Made by a program: the position numbers and the translations under genes
In this document: positions 38,311-51,839 of the stretch, piece by piece
Layout of the letters: every line of letters begins with the position of its first letter
How positions within the stretch are numbered: the first letter of the stretch is position 1
DNA from: Eledone cirrhosa
Lineage: Eukaryota
Direction of reading: 5' to 3'
Assembly (NCBI GenBank): GCA_964016885.1
Contig: OZ024741.1
Location: forward strand, 74,648,001 to 74,712,000
Length of the DNA stretch: 64,000 nucleotides
The notes under the pieces: model-generated
Databases searched by the model: none
Told to the model about the DNA's origin: nothing
What the model saw: the letters and a program-made list of their open reading frames with translations, nothing else

Positions 38311-38918
38311 TACGCGAACGGCAAAGCATAAATGAATTGAGAGAGAGACTGAGCATAAGAGGAATCAAATGCTGTGTGCAGGAGAGGCGGTTGCGTTGGT
38401 ATGGACATGTGATGCATATGAAGGATGACAGCTGCATAAAAAGGTGCAGAGCACTAGAAGTCGATGGAAACCATGGAGTGGGGAGACCCAAGATGACCTG
38501 GGATGAGGTGATAAAAGCCGACCTTACCCAATTACACCTCTCCAAGGCGATGACACATGACCGTGACCTCTGGCGTCACGCAGTAATACAGAGTACCCGA
38601 CCTCCCATGGGTACAAGATGAAGCATATAGACAATATGCCCCCACACCCTCCCACTGCAAGGTGGTCGTGGAGGTGCCACGGCAAAAAAGCACCCAGCCC
38701 ACACTGTAAAGTGGACGTGTAGGCGCCACGAAAAAGCACCCAGCACTCACTGTAAATGAGGTTGGTGTTAGGAAGGGCATCCAGCTGTAGAAATCAAGCC
38801 AAATCAGTTCCTGTATGAGCAAGGCATGGTCAGCCGACCAGACACTGCCCACAACAGGACAACCCGTCTAACCCATGCTAGCATAGAAGAACGGACGTAA
38901 AACGGTGATGATGATGAT
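38311..38918 (+). mobile_element. 3' fragment of a related RTE subfamily
   Basis: RERQSINELRERLSIRGIKCCVQERRLRWYGHV...GRPKMTWDEVI, then 3' UTR and (GAT)n. Confidence 0.9.
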
Positions 38919-39022
38919 ATATATATACATACATACATATACACTTATATACATACATATATACACTTATATACATATATACATACATACACTTATATAC
39001 ATACATACACTTATATATATAT

Positions 39023-39057
<35 letters not shown>

Positions 39058-39523
39058 CATACATACATACATATATATATACATACATACATACATACAT
39101 ATATGTATATACATACATATATACACTTATATACATACATACACTTATATACATACATACATATATATATATACATACATACATATATATATACATATAT
39201 ACATATATATATACATATATACATACATACATATATATATATATATACATACATACATACATATATACATACATACATATATATATATATATGCTTGCAC
39301 ACAAACACATACGTGTGCACACACACACACACACACATACATATATATAGATAGATATATATTAAAGAGTTAAACAAGATTCAATGAGTGTATCAAAGAA
39401 TGAGTTTTTTAGTAGATTGGAAGTACTCTATGGGAAATAATTTTCCAGAGTTATTAATATTAAAATACAAATATTAATAAAATAGATGTTCTTTTGATCA
39501 ATTACCATACAAATGTGTGTGTG

Positions 39524-39575
<52 letters not shown>

Positions 39576-42500
39576 AACATTTGTATGGATGCAGCACAAT
39601 TAGGAAGAAAATTAATGGATGTTAAAAAGCAATCATCATTTTTATACAATGCTCATTTTGGATTTATTTACAAAGACATTGAAAGATGTAACAGAACTCC
39701 AACAACATTAATAGTGTTGCTTTTGGTTATTTAGCTCTAAAAATATGGCATTTTGCACTCACTGTTAGAAGGAAACTAAACAAAAAATATAATGGTTTTT
39801 AATGCAAGCAATAAAGATAAGTCCTTCCGGGTGATTTAAGTCAAACAAAGTGACAGTAATTTAAGCTAAAAATAGTCATCTAAGTTAAATGACACCTTAC
39901 TGCCACTCCTATTTAAACAACCATAAATCACAAAAGAAAAGTAAAGAGATGTGAGAGAGTTGCAGACAGAGAAAGTAAAAAAATAAAGAGATCTCATTTT
40001 TATGTTTTCAATCACAATTATCTTCTTAACCAAAGATAGATGATTTGTAAACAATATGAAGGTTTATTAAAAACATGCTGTTGATCAAAGCTTTGTGGTA
40101 TTTAGTTCTAGCTCTTCATATTCCAAGTTCAAATCCCATCAAGGTCAACTTGTACCAGTCATGTACTGGAGGTGATTTAACTTTTCCCTTCCCGCCAAAT
40201 TGATGATTTTGTATCTAAATTCTAAACCATTATCTCTGCTAAAGATAGTGAGGTAGCAATCTAGTGAAATTAGAGTAAAATCCATTATGTTTATCTTCTT
40301 AGGCTGAAGATTGCAAGCTGCCAAAATACCAGGCTGCCCTCTGGCAGGTTTCTCATTTAACTGATAGTGGTGGGAAAATTTGGCATCCTGGGACCCCAAA
40401 CCATCTCTCTACTTAAACAATGACCATCTGAAAGAATGAGCCCTACAAGTTGGATTGCACTGGCTCTTTCAAGACATTGCCTCACACTATCCACAGGCAA
40501 TATAGCTTAGTGGTTAAGGCTTTAGGCACAAATGTGTAAGGACAGGAGTTTGATTTTCAGATCAAGCAGCATGTTATGCCCTGGAGCAAGACACTATTGC
40601 ATGCTGGAGTGAAAAAAACGAGTTGCACTGGTGCTAAGTGCATTGATCTTTGCATTTCCTTTTGACAACATTGGTGGCATGAAGGGGGAAAATTGGCATG
40701 CATGTATAACTGTTATTCTTCCACAAAACACATTGCCTAGGTTTGTACCTTGGAGATGATCTTTCCATGTGTAAACATGGTCAGATGAAAGAGGGCACCA
40801 TATATTTTTTTAACAATTAAATTATGTTCCAACACTAGCTTAATAATGAGAAAGTTAATTACATTACTAAATCCCTCAACATTTTTATTTTGAACATTAT
40901 TTGAAAATAATAAGCAGAGCCTTTCTTTAGAAATATAACAAAAAGGTTAAATCATTTATATTTATGTCAAAATCTTCCATTATAATTTTATGTAAAAACA
41001 TTTGTTGAAAACCAGCTTAACAAGAAAGTTAGTTATATTTCTAAATCTCTCCAAATTCTTCATAGCAGGCAGTGTCTATCACAAGAAATACAGTAACAAA
41101 TGGTAATTATTCAAAACAACAGCTTAACCCTTTCATTGCCATATTTCTAATGGAATACACTGTATTTGAAGTAACTAATGAAAAATGGAGGGATTTATGG
41201 AAATTATTAATTATTTCATTATTAAAATGGTATTAAAACATAAAATGTTCTTATATCAATTTTGTTTGAAAATATTGATTTCAATAGAAACCTTTTATGG
41301 GTGGTTTTGTTTCATAGAATTAATGGCAGTTTTGGGCAGGCTGATATCAAACAGGTTATTAATGAGAAAGGTTGTTATATTACTAAATTCCTCCTAATTC
41401 TTGATTATTTTCAAAATGAGTTCATAATTACATGCAGAATCTTTCATAAGAAATGTGGTAACAAAAGGGTTAAGTTATATTCAAAACACCAGCTTAATGA
41501 GGAAGTCAGTTAAATTACTAAATCCCTCCAAATTCTTCATTTTCAATATGATTTGATAATTACAAGCAATATCATTCATGGAAAATATGATAAGGAAAGG
41601 GTTAAAAATATGAAAAGAATATCTTTAGAGTGATGTTTGGTTTGTTCATTCACACTTAAACAATCCAGTGTATAGAAAAATAAAGCTGATCAAGATAATG
41701 ATTTCATCAGTGTAAACAAGCAACAACCACTGTCATATTATCCCACAACAAAGATAGTAAAACTTTCTATTTAAAGTTTTAATGAAATTGATGGTAACTT
41801 AAGATAAAATAAAGGTTTAGTGTGAAAGACAAACATACAATGAGGTAATTTCAAGATTATCCATTCAACCATTGAAATTTTATTTAAAAAATGTCTCAAG
41901 CAGAAGATTTCATTGTTTCATTTGTATTATTATGATGGTGATGGTGATGCTAGTGATGATGATAATGAGGATGATTTATTTTCTGAAGAAGGAGAGAAAG
42001 AGAAAATATTTTTATCAAATATTTAAATATAGGACCAAATTATTTGGAAACCATAGGTATTGTCTTTCATTAGAAACATGATAATGAAATGGTTCAAGTG
42101 TTTATATCCAAACACCAGCTTAATAATAAGAATGGTATATTACTAAAACTCACCATTTGCTTAATCACTTTCAAAATTATTTGGAAATTATAGTCAGGGT
42201 TATTCATTAGATAAGTGGCAATAATTTTATGCATAAACCTTTGTTAAGTTATATTCCAAACACCAACTTAATAGTGACAAAGTTAGTTATATTGCTAAAT
42301 CTCTCCAAATTCTTGTAAAGTGTCTTTCATTAAAAATAAGGTAAAGAAACGGTTAAAGCTAACTATTTCAAACATGCTATAGTTACAATTAAATTAAAGA
42401 GAGAAATATCTCCTTTTAAATTTAATGCAGATTATTTTCTATTTTTCTTTTAGATCTTTTACCCATCTATTTCTGTTGTCCATTTCTAACTACTTTGTAT

Positions 42501-43615
42501 ATGTTAGCTTTTATATCAGTTAACAAGCAACATCTGATGTGTTGCTGCTGACTGCTCTTGGACACCACTGTAATCAAATTAATCTATTACACTTTAGTAC
42601 AAAGCCATCATAGCAATACAAAGTCATGCAGGATAGTGGTTAGGCTCTTGATTGAAATGTCATAGTTTCAATTCCTTGACCAGACAAGACTTCACTTTTC
42701 TTCAGATTGTTTTAGGTTACTCAGCTAAAAATAAGTACTGACAGCAGTTTGGAGTTTAAATATGAGATGGACTGGCATCCAGTTTAGGGTAGAGTTTTGT
42801 AATCTCAATCACTTTAAACTAAGATATGCTGTGGCTTGATCAGCCTCCTGGCTGATAAGTCTCCAAACTGATGGGCTTCCAGGCTGATGAGCCACCAGGC
42901 TTAGAACCTCGAAATTATTTCATTTCTCTCTAAAAACAAAACTTAATACTTGGTTTGACTGCTCATGGCCACCACTTGAATGTAATCAATCTATAAGATT
43001 TTAGTACAAATATCCATCAGATCAAATTCACCAAAATCACTCTCTTTTGCTGCTATTCTTTAACTCTTAGTGTCCTGTTTTGCATCATTTTCAAGACATT
43101 CTTGAAAATTACAAAACACCACTATGATTGCATCACATTAAAAATTAAAGTCTTTAGTTTACTGAAAATGTTCACAACAATCTACTAGTAACAATACTAT
43201 AATAATTTGAATCAACAAATCAATTTTTAGATATTTTCTGCTAAATTATTACAAGATGTTAGGAGTTACTAAACAATCAGTTAGCTACAATGAGGAGTAG
43301 GAGTGATCTAAATTGTTTTTCCATTTTCTTTTATCTCTCTATCCACTTTATATAATGATGGATTCTTTGTTGATTTCAACAATGACCTTCCAGTTATTTA
43401 ATCAACTGGATATCCAATTTGTGAATAAATATATAAGTGGTTGAGTATTCCATAGACACATGTACACGTAATGTACTTCCCAAGCTGAATTACTATAACA
43501 CATATAAGGCTGGGCTTTGAAGTACACCTATAATGACCTACACCCATCCCACTCCCTACCCTCTCCTACCACTTGAAGAGACCTATAAATACCATACTTA
43601 TTTTTTGATACCCAC

Positions 43616-43662
43616 ATTCCTGATGATTTCTAAAGAATGAAACAGTTCTAGTCCTGTAGAGT
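43616..43662 (+). ncRNA. Type I hammerhead motif in a Penelope-like terminal repeat (about 43540-43745)
   Basis: attc-CTGATGA-tttc(taaa)gaat-GAAA-CAG(ttctagtc)CTGTA-gagt; T.T mismatch at the base of stem II; TATAAAT about 30 nt upstream. Confidence 0.65.
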
Positions 43663-43744
43663 CTCATCTATATTAAAACTTTTATACTCTGCAATGTATT
43701 GAGTACCTTACTTACTGTGGTTACCTCCGATTCAACCCGGAATA

Positions 43745-43812
<68 letters not shown>

Positions 43813-43848
43813 ACAGAAGGCCAGACAGGAAACTTACTTTAAAATTTT

Positions 43849-43947
43849 AATTCTGCAAAAACACTATACATATTTCAATGGCCCAGTCTCATCATCCAAT
43901 CATGATGCAAGACTTAAGCAATTTCATCAGGTGTTGATTGCAGAATT
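43849..43947 (-). ncRNA. Type I hammerhead motif with extended, bulged stem I
   Basis: Minus strand: attctgcaa-tc-aacac-CTGATGA-aattgcttaagtcttgcatcat(gattgg)atgatgagactgggccatt-GAAA-T(atgt)ATA-gtgtt-t-ttgcagaat. Confidence 0.78.
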
Positions 43948-44291
43948 AGTTCTATAGGATAACAGGATTAAGGCGAACACAAACAGATAATACAGGATAG
44001 ATTTGATTTGGGGATGGCTTGCCAATTCGGTGTTTTTGTCATGGCAAACCATCTGTCAAGTGCTTTAATTTATTGCATCATTGTTTACTAACTGAATTCA
44101 CTAGTTCTACCCATGGTAAACAACATAACATAAATGGCATAATGTGTGTGTTTGTTTACTAAAAGTTTCTGCAGTTTTCCATCATCAAATTTTAATTCAC
44201 AAGATATTGGTCAACCCAAAGTTACGTAGTGAACTGAACCCAAAATGAAGTCATTGCAAAGCACACTCATGAACAGCATAGCCATAAAACA

Positions 44292-44475
44292 ATTGGCAGT
44301 ATCGGTAGAGGGTTGGACGCCATGCTTTCTAGCATAGTTACGTCCATTTACAGTCTGAGTTCAAATCCCGCTGAGGTTAACTTTGCCTTTCATCCTTACG
44401 GGGTCGATAAAATAAAGTACCGGTAATGTACTGGGTAATTGCTGGCCTTGTGCCTAAAGTAGAAACAATTATTAT
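44292..44475 (+). mobile_element. SINE family A; further copies at about 31605-31752(-), 44950-45270(-), 47195-47280(-), 47560-47650(+), 48955-49175(-), 50305-50515(-), 52345-52525(-), 53810-53990(-), 56510-56680(+), 63235-63417(-)
   Basis: Same A-box, B-box, body and tail consensus. Confidence 0.88.
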
Positions 44476-44653
44476 TAGTAGTAGTATCTAAATTGTTATT
44501 TCTTTATTTTCTTTTATCTTTCTATCAATCTATATAACAGTACAGAGAGGTGGTGGCTTGCTTCACGTAGGCATCTTACACCAACAATTGCAATAATTGT
44601 TTTTAATTCTTTATCTGTTTAGGGAGAGAGAGGTGGGAGATAGAGAGGGCGAC

Positions 44654-44728
<75 letters not shown>

Positions 44729-45509
44729 GAGGGGGTGAGCTCACACCTTTACAGATATCCAACATAGAGTAGTGACAAGGGAAGATAACATTTCTCTCTT
44801 TATGTCATTCATAATTCATCTCTTAAAAGGAAAAAAACTAACAAAAAACAACAAAGTTACTGACATTATCGATGGAAAACAAACAAAAAAAGCAATGTTT
44901 ATGATTATCCATTTTGTAATTAGCTGGAGTATAAATAACAATAATAATAATCTTTCTAACATAGACATAAGGCCAGCAATTTTTCTTTTGAGTAGTGATG
45001 GTGGTGGTGGAGGGGGGATTAAATAAATCAACCCCAGTACTCGACCCTAAGAGAATGAAAGACAAAGTTGACTTGGTGGGATTTGAATTCAGAAGATAAA
45101 GAACTGGAACAAATACTGCTAAGCATTTGTTCAATGCTCTAACAATTCTGCCATTTCACTGCTCTAATAATGATAATAATTGTTTCTACTTTAGGCACAA
45201 GGCCAGCAATTACCCAGTGCATTACTGGTACTTTATTTTATCGACCCCGTAAGGATGAAAGGCAAAGTCAATAATAATGATGATGATAGTATTGATAATC
45301 AACATCATTAACATTTGGGGTAATTCCAGGTAAAAGCTGACACAAAATCCGTGGGTTATTCTGGCACAGGAGTTTCTTTTCTCTTGCTCAAAAGAGCAAC
45401 TGCAATCAAAGTAGGTCTACTCAGCCTCATAAATCTAGCTGCTGTCATCATTCTTTCATGAAACACACACATATATATATAGCTTATATTCAATACATGT
45501 GTGGAAGTG

Positions 45510-45690
45510 ACATCCAAACGTGTATCTCTACCACCATTAACTTACCCTCCATCTCTGGATCCTGGCCGATAGGATAGAGAATGCATTGCCTCAAAGGGCA
45601 GCGAGGGAGACGCGCTGAAACAGCCACTCCACCTTGCGGGGCTCACACCTGCAGGAGGCCAATTTTGCTCATAAGGTAACACCTCTCTCT
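45510..45690 (-). mobile_element. CRE-type non-LTR retrotransposon 3' end
   Basis: Minus-strand translation RCEPRKVEWLFQRVSLAAL*GNAFSIL matches the CRE C-terminal motif LFQRxSLAxxRGNA. Confidence 0.65.
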
Positions 45691-46739
45691 CTACACTCAC
45701 CTTGATGATTATGGTGGTGGTGATACGGGTGATGGTGTTAATGATGGCACAAATTTTCTACTGAGGTACTCTATATGTGACTGAAGTACAGCAAATATGG
45801 GACATCCCTGTGTGACCAATGTCAACAGCTGAAGATTGCTAAGCAACTGTATTGATTTTATATGAAACAAATCCAATAAAAACTCAATTCATTGAACAAC
45901 ATATCTAATAAAAAAAAAAATTGAGTGACAATATTCCTTACTTTTCACTATAAATAGGAGAGATAGAGGAGAGCGAGAGAGTGATATAGGTAAGGTAGAA
46001 ATATATTCAATTAAATACAACTGCTTTCAAAGTAATCAAAGTCTGTCATCAAATGTATTGGTGCAGGCATGCCTTTGTGAGCCACATGGTTTGCACTTCA
46101 TTCCCACTGTGTGGCACATTGGGCAAGTGTCTTTCACTATAATCTCAGTTTGACCAATGTTTTGTAAAATTTGAAAAGCAGAAACTGCAGAAGCCTGTTT
46201 TGTGTATGTGTATATGTATACATACACACACACACACACACACACAATAAATATATATATATGATGAAGGAATGCAGTGAGTGGAGAGATAGTGTGTTGA
46301 AAAGGACCCATTCAACCCATGCAATCATGGAAAAATGGACGTAAAAATAGCGGTGATGATGATGATGTATATAATAATTGTTTCTACTTTTGGCACAAGG
46401 CCAGCAATTGAAATAGAAGGTTTTGTTATAAATAGTCTAATAATAACGTTGTATATAAACCCACCGAATGGAAAAAGATGGGTATCAGCTCACATTAAAA
46501 AAGTTATGGTGAAGACTTTTAATCTAAATAGCAACTTTTTGAAATGGATAATTTTGTATTATAGAAAATATATAAGCTTGGAATCAAGGCAGTGGGAAAA
46601 TATCACAACTCACACAGCATATACTCTACTAGATTAACACCTAATAAAATAACACAATGCACTCTTACATGACCAATATCTGACATTACAATAATTCACA
46701 CAACCAACATTCATGTGGCTGCAACATAGTATTGCACAA

Positions 46740-47175
46740 GCCACACACAAGAGCTGTACAATACATACACTGGGTAATGAGTGAGTATTTTGATCTGCCT
46801 CAGCAAAGGAATTACTGGGAGCATCAATCACCCGCCGTACTTGAAAAAGGCCACATTTCAATTCTGTGGAACTTTAACATTCAAACAATTTGGAAATTAG
46901 ATGTAAATAGACCTGATATAATATTGAAGGATTTTCAATGGAATGTATGCCTGCTAACTGACATGACCATTCCTGTAAACAAGTATGTATCAGTAAAAAA
47001 CATTTGAAAAATTGAGTAAATACAAAGACCTGGAAATAGAGATTGTAACTGTGGAAGTTGAGAGCGAAAACAATACCAGTGGGTTTAGGCGCTCTGGAAA
47101 TGATCTTTAAATGATATACAAAAGATAGTACGAATGGGAACTACCCATATATACTAAGAAAAATGTTATTGATAT
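46740..47175 (+). mobile_element. R4/Dong-type LINE 3' fragment
   Basis: ILWNFNIQTIWKLDVNRPDIILKD...CLLTDMTIP, then EKLSKYKDLEIEI...TIPVGLGAL. Confidence 0.8.
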
Positions 47176-47719
47176 GTATATATATATATATATACATTTA
47201 TTGTATCGACCCTGAAAGGATGAAAGGCAAAGTTAACCTCGGTGGGATTTGAACTCAGATCATAGAGGGCCGTAACTCCATGATAGAGATGGGGAGAGCG
47301 GAAGAGATGGAGGCAGTGACAATGGGAGTTTTGTTCCTTTGTGTTCGGACCTGGAGTATATGTATATATTTATTCACCACACCACATGTTATATACACGC
47401 ACACCAATTGGAGTATACATTATTTATTATCTTTGTAGATAGCTGTGATGTTTGTGTTTTGATGGTGAATATAATGTTCGATAGGAGTTTTAATTTAGGC
47501 ACTTGTTCAAGCCTTGTATCATTTTATCCTATTGAATTGAAGCATTACTAATCATCATTGCCCTTGACATTCTGAGTTCAAATCCCGCCGAGGTTAACTT
47601 TGCCTTTCATCCTTACGGATGTGCCAAAAGTAGAAACAATTATTATTATTATTTTCTTTCCTTTACTCAGCATTTTGTTGTTCCTCTGCTGGTATTTGGA
47701 TTGCTAGATTATTACTATT

Positions 47720-47965
47720 ATTATAATTATTATTGCACATCATCACTGCATAACTGAGTGTAGCTCTGTGAGCCCTGGGTATATGCAGTGTGGATTTTGT
47801 TTCTATTGTATTGAGAGTACTCTTCGTAATGTGTGTGCAGTGCCTAGTAGTGCTACTTTTTGTAAGTCCCGGGGTTTTGGTTATGTATCTGTCTGTGTTT
47901 ATTTTATCATTCTCAGGGCACCTATTATTATAGGTATTGTTTCTGTTTTCATCATCCACATTCAA
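47720..47965 (-). mobile_element. R4/Dong-type LINE extreme 3' fragment
   Basis: Reverse complement of the 50040-50300 sequence (KTETIPIIIGAL...LLGTAH). Confidence 0.75.
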
Positions 47966-48361
47966 CCATGGAGAAAAAAAAAAAAAATATATATATATAT
48001 ATATACCTATATATGTATATATATATATATACCTATATATGTATATATATATATATATACCTTATCACAACAAACTAATGATTTTGAAATATGTGTATCA
48101 TTTTATGGTCAGTTTACCTGGGTAAGCAATCAAGTGAACAGAAAGAATTAATCATACTTAATGTAGCGATGAAAAAATATAATTAAATAATAACATAAAT
48201 GAGAAGAAAATATGAAGTCAAGAACTAATTGTTCCTGTAAGATTATAAACAAAGCATACAAACAAAAGAAAATCTTTACAATACCTTCAGAAGAATTTAC
48301 TTTCAAATAATTATCCAAATGATTCCAGGTAAAATATATTAATGCGTAATATAGCTGCGAC

Positions 48362-48392
48362 ACTTACCTGGAAGAGAAAAAAGTAAAGAAAT
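48362..48392 (-). promoter_or_regulatory. Candidate recursive splice site (juxtaposed 3'SS/5'SS)
   Basis: Minus strand tttctttacttttttctcttcCAG|GTAAGT, junction 48368/48367. Confidence 0.55.
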
Positions 48393-48563
48393 TAGGAAAT
48401 ATTAATAACAACAATATCAATAATAAGAATGGTTTCTGATTTAGGCATAAGGCCAACAATTTTGGAGAGGGTAAAGTTGAATAAATTATTCCAGTGCTTT
48501 ACTAGTACTTTAATTTATCACCCTGTAAGGATGAAAGGCAAAGCTAATCTCGACGGAATTTCG

Positions 48564-48872
48564 GGTACAAGCTGAAGCATATAGACAATATGCCCCCACA
48601 CCCCCCACTGCAAGGTGGTCGTGGAGGTGCCACGGCAAAAAAGCACCCAGCCCACACTGTGAAGTGGACGTGTAGGTGCTACGAAAAAGCACCCAGCACT
48701 CACTGTAAATGAGGTTGGTGTTAGGAAGGGCATCCAGCTGTAGAAATCAAGCCAAATCAGTTCCTGTATGAGCAAGGCATGGTCAGCCGACCAGACACTG
48801 CCCACAACAGGACAACCCGTCTAACCCATGCTAGTGTGGAAGAACGGACGTAAAACGGTGATGATGATGATG
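48564..48872 (+). mobile_element. Isolated RTE 3' UTR copy inserted into a SINE-A
   Basis: Nearly identical to 38609-38918; SINE-A sequence lies on both sides (48430-48560 and 48875-48940). Confidence 0.85.
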
Positions 48873-49199
48873 AACGTAAGGGTATGTAACTATGCCATGA
48901 AGCCTGTTGTCCAATGCTCTACTGATACTGCCAATCCACCATCCTAATTATAATGGTTTCTTATATAGGCACAAGGCCAGCAATTTTGGGGGAGGGGAAA
49001 GTCGATTAAATCGACCCCAGTACATTACTGATACTTTATTTTATCGATCTCGTAAGGATGAAAGGCAAAGTTAACCTCGGCAGAATTTGAACTCAGATCT
49101 TAAAGCACCATAACTCTATGCTGCAAAGCATGATGTCCAACTCTCTACTGATACTGCCAATCCACTGCCCGACCAATAATAATAATAATAATGAAGATG

Positions 49200-50300
49200 A
49201 TGAGATCTTGAAGTGAAAACAGTCACAATTATCCCAGTGGTGATTGCTCTCGGCATGGTGACAAAGAATCTTGTAAACAACCTGATTAAAATAGACTTTG
49301 CTTGAGGGATTGAACCACTCCAGAAGACATGCATACTGGAAACAGCTTGAATATTGAGAAAGGTGCTGGACTACCAGCAGTAGTGAAATTACAAGGAATG
49401 ATTGAAAAAGCTGGAATTACCCTAGGTTACTAGTTGTAGCCTGATATTCCCTAAAATAACTGGCCTAAAGCAATATCAAATTTGGTCATGATAAATAGTC
49501 AAATAATAATTATAATAATATACATACCCAAAGCTCCTTGACTTACAAATATATACAGTATACAAAAAATACCACTACTAGGAACTGCCCACATATTACA
49601 AACAGTACTTGCAATACAATAGAAACTACACCACAAAAAACCACATTGTACATACCCAAGGTGCTTAGAGCTGTAGAATATGTGGAGATAGGGAAGAAAC
49701 AATCAACCACGTAGTCTCTGGATGCCCAACTCTAGCCAAAAAAGAATATATCCGCAGGCATGATAGAGTTCAGACCTTCATACACTGGAAATTATGCCAG
49801 TATTATGAAATACCAATAGAAAAAAGATGCTACAAAACACACCAGAAAAAGTGTCAGAGAATGACAAAGCAACCATCCTCTGTGATATGCCAATACATAC
49901 AGACAGAGAGATCAAGGCCAACCAACCAGATATTATAGTCAAAGACTACAAAGAAAAAAAAATGCCTTCTAATAAATGTATCTATCCCCACAGATGACAA
50001 TATATCTTCCAATGAAATATAAATATCTACTGATAGAAATAACTTGAATGTGGAAAATGAAAACAGAAACAATACCTATAATATTAGGTGCTCTAGAAAT
50101 GATAAACACAGACAAATACATAGCCAAAGCCCCAGGACTTACAAATATATACAACATACATAAGATAGCACTACTAGGCACTGCACACATATGAAAAGTA
50201 TCATCAATACAATAGAAACATCAGCAAAATCTACACTGATCATACCCAAGGCACACAGTGCTGTGCTCGGTAAAGCAGTAATGATGTGCAATGGAAATAA
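49200..50300 (+). mobile_element. Several R4/Dong-type LINE 3' fragments
   Basis: RRHDRVQTFIHWKLCQYY, ILCDMPIHTDREIKANQPDIIVKDY, KTETIPIILGAL, IALLGTAH. Confidence 0.8.
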
Positions 50301-51225
50301 TAATGGTTTCTTATATAGGCACAAGGCCAGCAATTTTGGGGGAGGGGAAAGTCGATTAAATCAACCCCAGTGCGTGATTGGTACTTTATTTATCGACCCC
50401 GTAAGGATGAAAGGCAAAGTTAACCTAGGCGGAATTTGAACTCAGATCATAAAGGACCGTAACTCTTTGCTGCAAAGCAAGGCGTCTGACCCTCTACTGA
50501 TACTGCCAATCCACTAATAATAATAAACATGGATAACCTCAGCCGCAAATCAAGATTTGAGTACTAAGTCGGTAACTAAAGGCATATCTTGGTGAAAGTG
50601 TGCAGTACTGTCTGTGTGGAATTAATATAGACATAATGAGCCAGCATGCCAAATGATACCTCATAAAGAGAATAAGAGAAGACATGACAAGATCTGTATG
50701 TACCTTCCCTAAATATTTAAAACTTCAGTAAGCTAGAAAATGTAAGAAGGTACATAATTAAAAAGGAAAGACTTACAGATACAGTATCAAGCAAAATATA
50801 TAACTCTATTAGCAATCACATTATGTTACTACTAATTAATCTCAGCCATTCAAGTATGCATTATATGCAAATTAACTTTTTTAGCAAACGTTTTACATGC
50901 AAAAAGTAGATAAGCTATAGCTTATTTTTATCTCAATACCAAGTAAGTAGACATCCCTGATGAAGAGTAAAAAATCCAACATTCTCATATATGAGATAGC
51001 TATGACATGATCATAGGTTAAGACACTGATAGTGAGGCATATATGTTTATTATGCATAAATGTAGCATATATACCTTCATATAAACCTCTGAAATCACAC
51101 TATATTAGTGCTATTGCTAATGCATATATATATATATATATTTATATACACCACGCCAGCATGGAAAAATGGATGTTAAGTGTTGATGATGATTATATAT
51201 ATATATATACACGCACTTTTATGCC

Positions 51226-51277
<52 letters not shown>

Positions 51278-51314
51278 AACACATATCATTTAACGGCTAT
51301 CATGCTAGAAAGGG

Positions 51315-51365
<51 letters not shown>

Positions 51366-51807
51366 GAACTGTTGAAGCCCGATACAAACTATAAATAAAA
51401 ATTCAACTTATAGTCACTGAGTAAAAGTTAAAAAGCAAGCTATAGAGAAATATTAACGGGTACAATGAAAAATTGTCTAAGTTAGTCATATAAACCCCTG
51501 GAAGCAGAAAAAAAGTGGACATTTCTATTTGTGTTGAAGCTGTTAACTCTAAGTTTACTTAATATTCATGTTTTTGCCTCCCCACAAAAAAAGAAGCAAC
51601 ATATATATTATGTGTGAGTGTGTGTGTGAGAGAGTGAGTGCAGGTTGACTAGTACTCAAGTACCAGTCAACTACTTTATAGTATGAATCTACTACATCCA
51701 TGGAGTCACTCCATCAGTAAATATTTGTTATTTATAAACCTATACATTTATTGGTATATAAATAAACATATAGTTTCATATACACCCCTATATATATATA
51801 TATATAT

Positions 51808-51839
<32 letters not shown>

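Noticed and set aside
50955-51105. CTGATGA-agag...ctct-GAAA
   Set aside because: About 125 nt separate the core halves with no convincing stem I or III; at best a decayed relic
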